A stretch of 64,000 nt of DNA from positions 357 through 64,356 of the forward strand of contig CAZQZJ010000002.1 of NCBI GenBank assembly GCA_964597775.1, given 5' to 3'. The notes beneath the pieces were generated by a model. That model was not told the DNA's origin. It saw only the letters and a program-made list of their open reading frames with translations, and did no database searches. The translations under genes and the position numbers were made by a program. Below are positions 55,472-64,000 of the stretch, in pieces (position 1 is the first letter of the stretch; each line of letters begins with the position of its first letter). The stretch is from an uncultured Methanosarcinales archaeon. Its GTDB lineage: Archaea; Nanobdellota; Nanobdellia; Woesearchaeales; JAGWAF01.

Positions 55472-57128
55472 ATCAGTATATGCTGCCTTGTTATTATTTA
55501 GTATATTTTTTGTAGTCATATCACTCTCTGCAGTTTCGCAAAAAGGGCTAACCAATGATGAAATTGTGCATATTACTGCTGGATATTCTTATTGGAAAAC
55601 CTTTGATTTTAGGTTAAACACTGAACATCCTCCTCTTATCAAGTTGATAGCATCAGTTCCTTTATTAGTGTTAAGTCCTTTTTTTGATATGGCTAATAGT
55701 GCATGGAAGAATAATAAGGAATGGGAGTTAGCATCAAATTTTTTCTTTGTGCAGAATCAAAATGCTGATCAGATCCTTTGGTGGTCACGCATTCCAATGG
55801 TATTTGTTGCACTCCTTGGTTTATTGTATATTTTTTGGTGGTCGCAGGAATTATATGGAAATAAGGCAGCTGTGTTTGCAGCGTTTTTATTTGCTGTCTC
55901 TCCAAGTATGCTTGCACATGCTCCTTTGGTAACAACAGATATTGGTTTAATGGTTTTTGTTTTAATGACCTGTTATTATGTTAGGAGGTTTTGTGAGCAT
56001 AAGTATAAACAGTGGTTATATGCAGCAGGAATATCTGCAGGGCTTGCACTTGCATCTAAATTTTCTTCCCTTTATCTTATTCCTACTTTGATAGGATTAG
56101 CAGCAGCGTATGAGTATAGTGTACGGGAAAATAAAAAGTTTTGGACATTGGTAAGTTTTTGGAAGTTGTGCGTGTGGATTGGTGTTATTCTGGCTATTGG
56201 TCTTGTTGTTGTTGTTTTGGTTTATGGTGTAGGTGGTTCGCCGATGTTTATAACTGGTTTGTTTAGGGTATTGCTTCATGGAGAATTGGGTCATCGTGCA
56301 TTCTTATTAGGTGAGCATAGTGAAAATGGTTGGTGGTGGTATTTTATTATTGCATTTTTGGTTAAGGAACCAATTGCATTGCTTATCCTGCTCAGTATTG
56401 GGGTGTATTCTGTATACGTGCAGAGGAATAGATTGCAATTAGTTGATGAGCTCTTTTTGTTGATTCCTGCCATTATTTTTATTCTTGCTTTTTCTGTTGG
56501 TAAGATTGATATTGGTATTCGTCATATTTTCCCAGCATATCCTTTTCTTATGATCTGGGTATCTAAGGTAGTTAATCTTAATTGGAATACAATCCTTAAA
56601 AAAGGGTTCTTTAGTATATTGATTCTCTGGTATGTTTATGCAGCTTTTGCTTCGTATCCTAATTATCTTGCTTATTTTAATGAATTTGTCGGTCCAGAAA
56701 ATGGTTATAATGTGCTTATGGACTCAAATCTTGATTGGGGTCAAGATCTTAAGTCACTTAGTAAGTATCTTCATGAGCAAGGTAATCCTATAGTAAAACT
56801 TGCTTATTTTGGAACAGATAACAAGGATTATAGAAATATTACTCATGAAGAACTTAAGTGTGGTCCACAAACTGGGTTGCTTGCTATCTCAGTAAATATG
56901 TTGAATGGTTTTACTGATTTGGATGCAGGATGCAGTCGTTGGTTAAAAAGTCATGATCCAATTGCTAAAATTGGATATTCTATCTTTGTGTATAATATTA
57001 CAGATAGTGATATTGTAAATGATCGTGAGATCTATTGCAAAGATAAATGTAGGGACAATTGTAAGCAAAAGAATCTTATCTTTGCAAAGAGTTCTTTTAA
57101 TAAGACATGCAGATGCAGGTGTGCATAA
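55404..57128 (+). CDS. GT39/PMT- or ArnT-like lipid-carrier-dependent membrane glycosyltransferase (alternative GTG start at 55455)
   Basis: 12+ TM; N-terminal loop with DE motif (LTNDEIVHITAGY) and EHPPL block typical of PMT/ArnT family. Confidence 0.65.
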   Translation: MCLECLWTYYGFVGGIFVDVTTKSVYAALLLFSIFFVVISLSAVSQKGLTNDEIVHITAGYSYWKTFDFRLNTEHPPLIKLIASVPLLVLSPFFDMANSAWKNNKEWELASNFFFVQNQNADQILWWSRIPMVFVALLGLLYIFWWSQELYGNKAAVFAAFLFAVSPSMLAHAPLVTTDIGLMVFVLMTCYYVRRFCEHKYKQWLYAAGISAGLALASKFSSLYLIPTLIGLAAAYEYSVRENKKFWTLVSFWKLCVWIGVILAIGLVVVVLVYGVGGSPMFITGLFRVLLHGELGHRAFLLGEHSENGWWWYFIIAFLVKEPIALLILLSIGVYSVYVQRNRLQLVDELFLLIPAIIFILAFSVGKIDIGIRHIFPAYPFLMIWVSKVVNLNWNTILKKGFFSILILWYVYAAFASYPNYLAYFNEFVGPENGYNVLMDSNLDWGQDLKSLSKYLHEQGNPIVKLAYFGTDNKDYRNITHEELKCGPQTGLLAISVNMLNGFTDLDAGCSRWLKSHDPIAKIGYSIFVYNITDSDIVNDREIYCKDKCRDNCKQKNLIFAKSSFNKTCRCRCA

Positions 57129-57317
57129 TCTAGATGTTAAAATATCTTGCAGTATCTGTCAAAAGTTCGCACCAACCACAGGTGATAGTACTGCTGCCTC
57201 TCAACACCAATGGCATGCTTGTTCTGCTGGACTCGGGGTGCTCACAAGCGAACTTTTGACTCCCGAATAAAACAGGTGTCCGAACCACAGGTGAGGACAC
57301 CGGTGGAATAAGTGCAT

Positions 57318-57668
57318 TTAACGACCAAGATTTAATTCTATACATTTATATCTACAATATTTGCATTCTGGATCTGAATACCAAGAAGGACGATTTGGTT
57401 CATGAGCATTTATTTCTGTTACTTCACTGCACTGGTTATTACGGCATTTAAGTTTTTTAAATAAAATTTCAGATCCTCCATAAAGAGAATCAAATTCAGT
57501 AGCAATGCAACGATATTCTATTTGTGCTACATATCCTCTAGGTACTCTAGTCGATCTGGCAACCTCTGCTCCATTTAGACTAGGAGATAAGGCAAACATG
57601 CTTAAACCAAAAACTGCAACAATGCCTAGAACTGCCATAATAAGGATGTGATGTATGTCATTATCCAT
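57318..57668 (-). CDS. Small secreted Cys-containing protein, hypothetical
   Basis: N-terminal hydrophobic signal; 8 Cys. Confidence 0.3.
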   Translation of the reverse strand: MDNDIHHILIMAVLGIVAVFGLSMFALSPSLNGAEVARSTRVPRGYVAQIEYRCIATEFDSLYGGSEILFKKLKCRNNQCSEVTEINAHEPNRPSWYSDPECKYCRYKCIELNLGR

Positions 57669-57744
57669 GTGATCTAATCTTTATTTCATGTACATAAAAT
57701 TTTCTATCCAATAAGGATAATTTTCCATTTTTTTATAATTTTAA

Positions 57745-58776
57745 TTATATAAGTATGTCTAGAAGTGGGTTGTTTGGATGCATTTCCTGTGCAAGGCTAA
57801 GTAGTCTTTTTGCTTCATCTTTTTTCCCAAGTTTGATGTAGGTGTCTATTAGTGCTTTAAAGAGTCGTGGATCTTTTCTGTCGATACTTAGGGCTTGTTG
57901 ATAGATCTGTTCTGCTCGCTGATATTTGCCACTCATGAAGAAAACTGCAGCAAGGTTGTTGAGTGCCATAAGATCCTTAGGATTATCCTTTAATGCACTA
58001 AGAAATGTTTGTGCTGCTCCTTTTAGGTCTCCTATATTAAGTTTGCAAACACCCAAGTTTGTGAGTGTGTTGCGATATAGTGCATGATATTTGGAGAGGT
58101 GAGTAAGAATCTGATGCGCTTCCTGCCATTGTTTATGGTGGATAAGTGTTAGTGCATAGTTATATGATATTTTAATATCAGAGGGTTTTTGGATATAATG
58201 ATCTCGAAGAATTTCAATGTTAAGAGGTTCTATAGTATACTTGTAGATTTTGACATCATTGATATGTTTTATCTCTATTTTCCTGTTCTGATCTGTAATC
58301 TCTATTTTAGGGTATGGCGAATCTACAAATCTGTATAAGTTATTATGTTTCCAGATCCTAATTCCATCATAGCTTGTGTAACCAGTGTATCCTGCAACAG
58401 CATGTGATGGTTTCCATCCACTAAGGTTGTAAGTATTTGTAAATGTGTGAATAGAAATGCTAAATCCATGCGTTGTGGTAGTAGCAAGCAGTGTTTTGAG
58501 TTTGGTAAGTTTTGGTTGGTATATAACTTCATCGCTGTTAAGGAAAATAATCCATTCAGAACTTACACACTCAAGTGCGTTATTAAGGCTTGATAAAGGG
58601 TTTTTTAGGTCACCAGGTAATAGTAAACACTTTTCTTGATAAGCACTATTACCAACCTCTTGTTTATTTGTTAGATTAACACAAATAATCTGGTTAACCA
58701 TCAAGTGTAGTGGTGTAAGGCAGCGAATAAGATCATCTATGTTATGGACAAGAATTATTGCAGTAATACTGGTCAT
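57745..58776 (-). CDS. Degenerate GT2-like domain + C-terminal TPR repeats
   Basis: N-terminal ITAIILVHN..., NSDE in place of DxD; TPR repeats in C-terminal half. Confidence 0.5.
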   Translation of the reverse strand: MTSITAIILVHNIDDLIRCLTPLHLMVNQIICVNLTNKQEVGNSAYQEKCLLLPGDLKNPLSSLNNALECVSSEWIIFLNSDEVIYQPKLTKLKTLLATTTTHGFSISIHTFTNTYNLSGWKPSHAVAGYTGYTSYDGIRIWKHNNLYRFVDSPYPKIEITDQNRKIEIKHINDVKIYKYTIEPLNIEILRDHYIQKPSDIKISYNYALTLIHHKQWQEAHQILTHLSKYHALYRNTLTNLGVCKLNIGDLKGAAQTFLSALKDNPKDLMALNNLAAVFFMSGKYQRAEQIYQQALSIDRKDPRLFKALIDTYIKLGKKDEAKRLLSLAQEMHPNNPLLDILI

Positions 58777-58803
58777 GGGGTTAGAGGCATTAGATCTACT
58801 TTA

Positions 58804-59604
58804 TTAATTTGTAAGATTTGTTGGCTCGTTAAAGCTTACAACATCTCTTTTATTACAATCTCCTCCTGTTTCTTTAATAGGGCTTAAAATCATTCCTATT
58901 TCTTTATCAACTTCCTTTTTATTGCCAGGAGTGATGGAATAAATGTTATTTCCTACTGCTACTTGTGCATTTGTTGTGTAATTATATTTCATGACCAGAA
59001 CATCATAAATCTTGTTATCTGTCTCAACAGTTTTGCTTCGTCCTTCATCATAGTATTTACAAGATTTTTTGTTTGAACTAAAAAGACATATTTCTGATGA
59101 TGTTACAGTGGCGCTGCAGCGATTTTCAGAGCCCCTGCCGCAATCAAATGCTGTGCAACAGTGATCATTAGGGATACATTTATTTTGTAGATTGCAGAAT
59201 CGATACTTTGATGGGCATGTGCATCCTTTGAAATCTTCTTCACATACCTTATTTGATGGGCAAATAACACTTTTGCAGCTAAAGACACAAGTTCCGCTTA
59301 TACAATTTTCATTCTGGTTACAATCTAAGTTTGTGCAACAATCTTTTTTATTAATACATAAATTATTACAATTCTTTTTGTTAGGTTCACAACTACATAC
59401 TCCATTTACACAAATCTTATCTGATTCGCATACAACACCTGTACATGGATTAGAGAGGTTTTGGGAGTTAGATAGGTTTGATCTATTCTGGGTATGGTTT
59501 GGTAAAGGAGGTTCTTCAATTGGTTCAGAGAGACTGACTCGCTGTGTACAGGCAGTAAGAAGAATAGTAACAAAGAGTAGTATACTTAGGGTAATCTTGT
59601 TCAT
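58804..59604 (-). CDS. Cys-rich lipoprotein with tandem EGF-like/Cys-knot-like repeats
   Basis: LLTAC lipobox; repeated C..x..C.NG.C.C patterns. Confidence 0.4.
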   Translation of the reverse strand: MNKITLSILLFVTILLTACTQRVSLSEPIEEPPLPNHTQNRSNLSNSQNLSNPCTGVVCESDKICVNGVCSCEPNKKNCNNLCINKKDCCTNLDCNQNENCISGTCVFSCKSVICPSNKVCEEDFKGCTCPSKYRFCNLQNKCIPNDHCCTAFDCGRGSENRCSATVTSSEICLFSSNKKSCKYYDEGRSKTVETDNKIYDVLVMKYNYTTNAQVAVGNNIYSITPGNKKEVDKEIGMILSPIKETGGDCNKRDVVSFNEPTNLTN

Positions 59605-59640
59605 GTGGTAATCACGTAGCTACTAGCTAGGGGTTAGTCC

Positions 59641-60243
59641 TTATAAATTTGAGCCTTGGATAGCGCAATAAACAGCATATCCATCTTTTCTCCCTACAAC
59701 ACAAACAGATCCAATTCGCTCTTCCATACGCTTGCACAGGGTTTTGCCACCCTTAGATGGTCGTGCAACTACATAAAAACATCCTCCACTATAAAGGTGT
59801 GATGATGCTTGATCAATCATAGCAAAGCAGATGGTTTTTCCTGCTGTCTGTGGTGGGTTAAGTAAGATTACATCAAATCTTTCTGGTGTTGTATCATACA
59901 GGTTTCCCTGGCGTACATCAATTTCAACACAATTAACCTCAGCGTTTTTCTTTGTGAGTTCTACAGCACGTTCATTAATATCTACTGCAACAATGTTGCA
60001 TTTTAGAAATGCTTTTTTAACTGCAATTCCAACAATGCCGTATCCGCATCCAAGGTCAAGAATATGCATTCCATCCCTAATGCTGCATCTTTGTGCAAGG
60101 AGTCTGCTGCCTTGATCAATATGTTGTTTGGAAAAAATACTAGAACTGGTGTAGAATATCAGTTTGTTTCCACGAACTGTATCTTTAATAAGATAATCCT
60201 TCTTTTTTGAGATAGGATGTTGGGTAAAATAGTGTTCTATCAT
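59641..60243 (-). CDS. Class I SAM-dependent methyltransferase (RsmC/METTL5-like, NPPQ motif)
   Basis: Motif I ILDLGCGYGIVG and motif IV LLNPPQTAG. Confidence 0.7.
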   Translation of the reverse strand: MIEHYFTQHPISKKKDYLIKDTVRGNKLIFYTSSSIFSKQHIDQGSRLLAQRCSIRDGMHILDLGCGYGIVGIAVKKAFLKCNIVAVDINERAVELTKKNAEVNCVEIDVRQGNLYDTTPERFDVILLNPPQTAGKTICFAMIDQASSHLYSGGCFYVVARPSKGGKTLCKRMEERIGSVCVVGRKDGYAVYCAIQGSNL

Positions 60244-60246
60244 ATA

Positions 60247-60855
60247 TCATCTTACTGATGTTACTGGCATTATATTGTACCATGCATATAAGAGTCGATC
60301 TACTGATTTGAGTAACTCCAGTCCTTCGCCAAGCAGGATAATACACGTTCCTCTTGCTGCAATGCCGCTTTCTCCTTGTCCTAGAAGATAGATAACTGAT
60401 TTGTTTGTATCTCCACATTTAATAATTGGTCGTTCTGTGCAGATATCTGTTATATTGGTTGCGCATGCAGCAATAGGTGTTATGCCAATAGCCTGAACCA
60501 TATTGATAGAGAGTTCAGCTGCAGCAAGGCTCATTGTTGTAAAATTACCAGCTTCTGGATCAAAGGTGATATAAATAGTTGGTTTGTTAAAACCTGGATC
60601 AAAGATACCACTTACACTTACATTTTTAACATCATATGGGTTAAAGCGAAGTCTAATATTAAAAATAGTATTGCCTTTTTGCCATTCTGTGTTCCACAAT
60701 CCTCCAGCTTTAATAAAATCAAAGTGGTTATAGCTTACTGTCTGATATCTATTTGGTTTGTAGGTTTGGAAAAGGGTGTAGAATCCAAGAATAATAAGGA
60801 TGATAAGAATTCCTGACCATATCAATGCATTGTGGTACCAGCATTTTTCATTCAT
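60247..60855 (-). CDS. Membrane-anchored extracytoplasmic protein, paralog A
   Basis: N-terminal TM; shares ITFDP / C.N.T...I.C / LxYAWYNI blocks with the next gene. Confidence 0.4.
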   Translation of the reverse strand: MNEKCWYHNALIWSGILIILIILGFYTLFQTYKPNRYQTVSYNHFDFIKAGGLWNTEWQKGNTIFNIRLRFNPYDVKNVSVSGIFDPGFNKPTIYITFDPEAGNFTTMSLAAAELSINMVQAIGITPIAACATNITDICTERPIIKCGDTNKSVIYLLGQGESGIAARGTCIILLGEGLELLKSVDRLLYAWYNIMPVTSVR

Positions 60856-61484
60856 TGCATAACTCCTAATATAGAGTACATGAGTCTTTCATTAAGCTTA
60901 AGAAAATCTTCATCATTAGCTGCGCTGATGATGATACAACTTTTATCAATATTTAAATTAGTTTCATTTGCTTGCATAAACATCAGTACAGGTTCTGTTA
61001 CTGTTGCATTTCCACAATTGATCTGTGGTAGATCAGGATACTCGCTATTATTAAGAAGTGCACGTTGCACATACATCTGTTTGCCAAGTTTTAAGAGGTC
61101 ATCATTGGTATATTGTATTCCTCCAAGAAGATCACTAAATTCTGAATAAGGGTCATAGGTAATCCAGAACACACGTGTACTTTGCAGGATTTGTATAGCA
61201 TCTAAGCTTATATTGGTATGTTCAAGCTGTTCTGGTAAGTATGTAAATGTAAGGTCATTTCCATTAATCTCTGTTTTCCACTTGTTCTGAGCTGGAGTAA
61301 ATGTATAATTTCCATAGGTTGATGTGGCAACATTTTGTGTTGATTTATAATCAAGAACAAAGGCAAAACTAGATAACAGCATAAGTCCAATCATGAATAA
61401 TCCAAACCAAACAGCAAGTTTAATTCTTGGTTTAGGGTGATTTCTTGGTAATATATGGCCTATACTGCTCATTGACAGGTTCAA
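60852..61484 (-). CDS. Membrane-anchored extracytoplasmic protein, paralog B
   Basis: ATGA overlap with paralog A; conserved blocks as above. Confidence 0.4.
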   Translation of the reverse strand: MNLSMSSIGHILPRNHPKPRIKLAVWFGLFMIGLMLLSSFAFVLDYKSTQNVATSTYGNYTFTPAQNKWKTEINGNDLTFTYLPEQLEHTNISLDAIQILQSTRVFWITYDPYSEFSDLLGGIQYTNDDLLKLGKQMYVQRALLNNSEYPDLPQINCGNATVTEPVLMFMQANETNLNIDKSCIIISAANDEDFLKLNERLMYSILGVMQ

Positions 61485-61621
61485 AATTAACTGAATTTAA
61501 AAGTCTTCTGTATTAATAGGTTGCATCCAAATAATGGGTCGCCAGCAGCCTCAGGTCGAGCGTTGTGATGAATCTATCAAAAGCGACAAGTGGGTTCAAA
61601 ATGGGTGCTCCCCTTTTTTCA

Positions 61622-62101
61622 TTAAACAAGTTGGATAAGGTGGTCTTCCATCTTCTTAATATTGGTAAGAACCTCTCCAAGTTTAACAAAATCAATCTCT
61701 TCATGTTGATTATATAAGATATCTGCATTATGTGCTTCAGAAAGTGCGTGAAGTAGTGTTCGTACATCTCCAATCTGTTTTTTGATAAGTAAAACCTGCT
61801 CACGAAGTAATGAAACAAACTCCTTACGTAGTATAAGGTTCTGAGAATTGTATTCTTCATTGTTTAGGAGTTTATCAAAATCGTTTTGTAATCGATTAAG
61901 AAGATTCATTAGGATTTCTTCTTTTGCTACAACCTTGCGATGCTTAGCTTGCCATACCACTTCTTCACGCCAAGCAAGATGCACAAGATCCTTTGTTTTT
62001 TTAATTTCTTGTATAATCTGCGCAACTCTGATCTTTTGTGCAGGTTCCATACTTCTTTTCCGTTGTATCTTCCTTTTATACGTTATGGCTTCAAAACGCA
62101 T
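61622..62101 (-). CDS. Hypothetical coiled-coil protein
   Basis: 159-aa ORF with heptad-like basic/acidic pattern; overlapping alternative-frame ORF 61513-61860 considered less likely. Confidence 0.3.
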   Translation of the reverse strand: MRFEAITYKRKIQRKRSMEPAQKIRVAQIIQEIKKTKDLVHLAWREEVVWQAKHRKVVAKEEILMNLLNRLQNDFDKLLNNEEYNSQNLILRKEFVSLLREQVLLIKKQIGDVRTLLHALSEAHNADILYNQHEEIDFVKLGEVLTNIKKMEDHLIQLV

Positions 62102-62128
62102 AAATAGTACTGTGTACAGTAACGAGCA

Positions 62129-63286
62129 ATGGTGCAGGATATTCGATCATATATTAGAAGAAGTCTTAGGTCAGGATACACTCCACAATTAATTCGTGCA
62201 GTATTAGCTCAGAACTATCAATCAGAGGATATTGAACGAATCTTGCGTGAAGAAATAAATTTATTACAGGGAGAACAGCCACAGTTTCCTATTCAATGGA
62301 TAATTCTTATTAGTGCAATCTTTCTTGCAATATTATTAATTTCCTTAGCATTTCGAACATATAAACTTGAACAAGCACAGATTGTGCAATCCCAAAAATC
62401 TTCTCAGAAACCAGCACTTCAAACTATTCCTAATCAAACCCTGCAAAAGATTCCAGCATCAGTCTCCTCAGGTGCACTTAGTTGTGATGAATACTGTGGA
62501 AAAATTCAAGCTGCGTGTAAGAATAATATCCAATATGATTCTGAGTTGGAATGTATTAGATATTGTGAACAATCTGGTGTATTTCATTTAGGGAGTAGAG
62601 GAGAAACATCAGGAAACACTCTTGCTTGTCGAATCTATCATGCAGAGGTTGCTGCAGCAACAAATCCAGATCTTCACTGCATTCACGCAGGTACTTCTGG
62701 TGGAAATGTCTGTGGAACCTACTGTGATAATTACTGTGCATTGGCACTTAATAATTGTAAAGACAAGCTTTTTTCTTCATTTCAGGAGTGTGAAACTGCA
62801 TGCAAACAGCTTTCAACACAAGGTATTCCTGGTGATACATTAGGAGACAGCGTGCAATGTCGTTTGTATCATCTTGGAGTTGCTGGTTCACAGCCTCCGC
62901 TTTCTCAAAATATACATTGTCCGCATGGATCTATACACAATAGTAAGGTTTGTGTAAGCAATACTCTAGCAACAACGCAACAGTCTCCATCACTCCAAGT
63001 ACAGGTTATACCTTCTAAATTAAATATATTAAATATATCTATCAGTTCATTTGCATTTGTTCCTAATACAATCAACCTTTCTGTTGGAAGCACTCTTGTC
63101 TGGACAAATGAAGATACAGTACCACATACTGTAGTAAGTACTGATGGCGAACTAAACTCTTCAGTGTTATCATTAGGACAAAGCTTTGAACACACATTTA
63201 CCAAACCAGGAACATATACCTATGCATGTGGTATTCATCCAGAAATGATAGGAACTATTGTTGTGACTCAAGTTGTGACTCAATAA
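62129..63286 (+). CDS. Membrane-anchored protein with three Cys-rich repeats and C-terminal type-1 copper (cupredoxin) domain
   Basis: Cupredoxin ligands PHT(V)...YACGIHPEM; three repeats of C..YC...C...C..CR(I/L)YH..VA. Confidence 0.65.
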   Translation: MVQDIRSYIRRSLRSGYTPQLIRAVLAQNYQSEDIERILREEINLLQGEQPQFPIQWIILISAIFLAILLISLAFRTYKLEQAQIVQSQKSSQKPALQTIPNQTLQKIPASVSSGALSCDEYCGKIQAACKNNIQYDSELECIRYCEQSGVFHLGSRGETSGNTLACRIYHAEVAAATNPDLHCIHAGTSGGNVCGTYCDNYCALALNNCKDKLFSSFQECETACKQLSTQGIPGDTLGDSVQCRLYHLGVAGSQPPLSQNIHCPHGSIHNSKVCVSNTLATTQQSPSLQVQVIPSKLNILNISISSFAFVPNTINLSVGSTLVWTNEDTVPHTVVSTDGELNSSVLSLGQSFEHTFTKPGTYTYACGIHPEMIGTIVVTQVVTQ

Positions 63287-63542
63287 GCTTTAAAAGCATG
63301 ATCTGTTTAGATACTCTTATGATCTCCCAACCCAATCCAGAACTAACGCATATTCCCGATTCTGTAAAAGGCACTGTATGTGAAAATTGTACATCATTTA
63401 GGCGATTTGGAGAAAAATGTTGGTTTTTTTGGAAAAGCAAGAAAGCATGCACTCAGTTTGTGCGTTCTGAATTTGCTGAACCTGAGTATGTAGAGCTTTA
63501 TACCTGGCCAAAGTTATTATATTAAAAAGATGGTTGTGTCCT

Positions 63543-64000
63543 GTGAAATCAGTTATATTATCTGAAAGGGAGATTCGATTTTGGGGTTTTACTCCACAAA
63601 AGATCTCTTCAGCAATGCCGCTGTTCTATAATCCAGCTATGATAACAAATCGTGATATTGCAATTCTTTTTTTGAAGGCATGGGGTAAGAAAAACCTTCA
63701 GATCTGTGATCCTCTTGCAGGAACAGGGGTTCGCTCATTGCGATTTCTTAAAGAAGCTGGAGAGTATAGTAAAATAGTGTATGCCAATGATAAGTCTCAT
63801 TTTTTTATTAGATCGATGAAGAAGAATCTTCTTTTGAATAATATTCCATCAACAAAACTTTCTCTTTCGCATAAAGAAGCCTCGGTGTGGATGTTAGAAT
63901 CCTCAGGATTTGATTATATTGATATTGATCCTTTTGGTTCTCCAAACCCATTTTTGGATGCATCCATACGGCGCTTGAGTCGTCGTGGTATCCTAGCTGT
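63543..64000 (+). CDS. trm1: tRNA (guanine26-N2)-dimethyltransferase Trm1 (5' part; runs off window end; GTG start inferred)
   Basis: VFYNP-like PLFYNPAMITNRDIAIL, DPLAGTGVRSLRFLKE, DIDPFGSPNPFLDASIRRL match Trm1. Confidence 0.8.
   Translation, partial: MKSVILSEREIRFWGFTPQKISSAMPLFYNPAMITNRDIAILFLKAWGKKNLQICDPLAGTGVRSLRFLKEAGEYSKIVYANDKSHFFIRSMKKNLLLNNIPSTKLSLSHKEASVWMLESSGFDYIDIDPFGSPNPFLDASIRRLSRRGILA

Noticed and set aside
61513-61860. 115-aa ORF overlapping 61622-62101 in another frame
   Set aside because: Only one of the two overlapping frames can be real; the longer coiled-coil ORF was preferred, both remain low confidence.
1-64000. CRISPR arrays, rRNA genes, transposase/integrase genes
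   Set aside because: No regularly spaced direct repeats, no rRNA-like conserved blocks, and no DDE/tyrosine-recombinase-like ORFs were seen on reading the window.

Overview
This reads as an archaeal chromosomal segment from an AT-rich, streamlined genome that looks DPANN-like. That assignment is inference from a fused PriS-PriL primase, short proteins with lysine-rich tails, the absence of adk/cmk next to secY, and many Cys-rich surface proteins. The left ~17 kb is the classic archaeal ribosomal-protein superoperon on the minus strand (L3 through L15, then SecY and a DUF106 protein). Rpp29 and aSUI1 are embedded in it, and TBP and a truncated MCM lie downstream. The rest of the window encodes information-processing genes: a fused primase, PCNA, Hef, GyrA, ScpB, aRNase J, Rpp21, Trm1 (partial), NAC, Sec61beta and a MinD-like ATPase. 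It also carries tRNA-Leu(CAA), tRNA-His(GUG) and a candidate RNase P RNA. Accessory content includes a P2-type cation ATPase, HtpX, a putative copper-handling membrane operon, a Cys-repeat cupredoxin protein, and a glycosylation cluster (GT2-TPR, Dpm1-like, GT39/PMT-like). The most unusual locus is secreted: a ~995-aa protein with coiled coils, an NlpC/P60-like domain and an SH3b domain, next to lipoproteins, one of which is also NlpC/P60-like. Three families of non-coding intergenic repeats were found by eye. One is a ~200-260 nt element with a 14-bp terminal helix and compensatory internal pairings, sitting immediately upstream of both the primase and the PCNA genes. One is a ~118-bp double-hairpin element. 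One is a ~100-bp TATA/A6-hairpin-T6 module found upstream of tRNA-Leu and of a membrane gene. No CRISPR array was seen.
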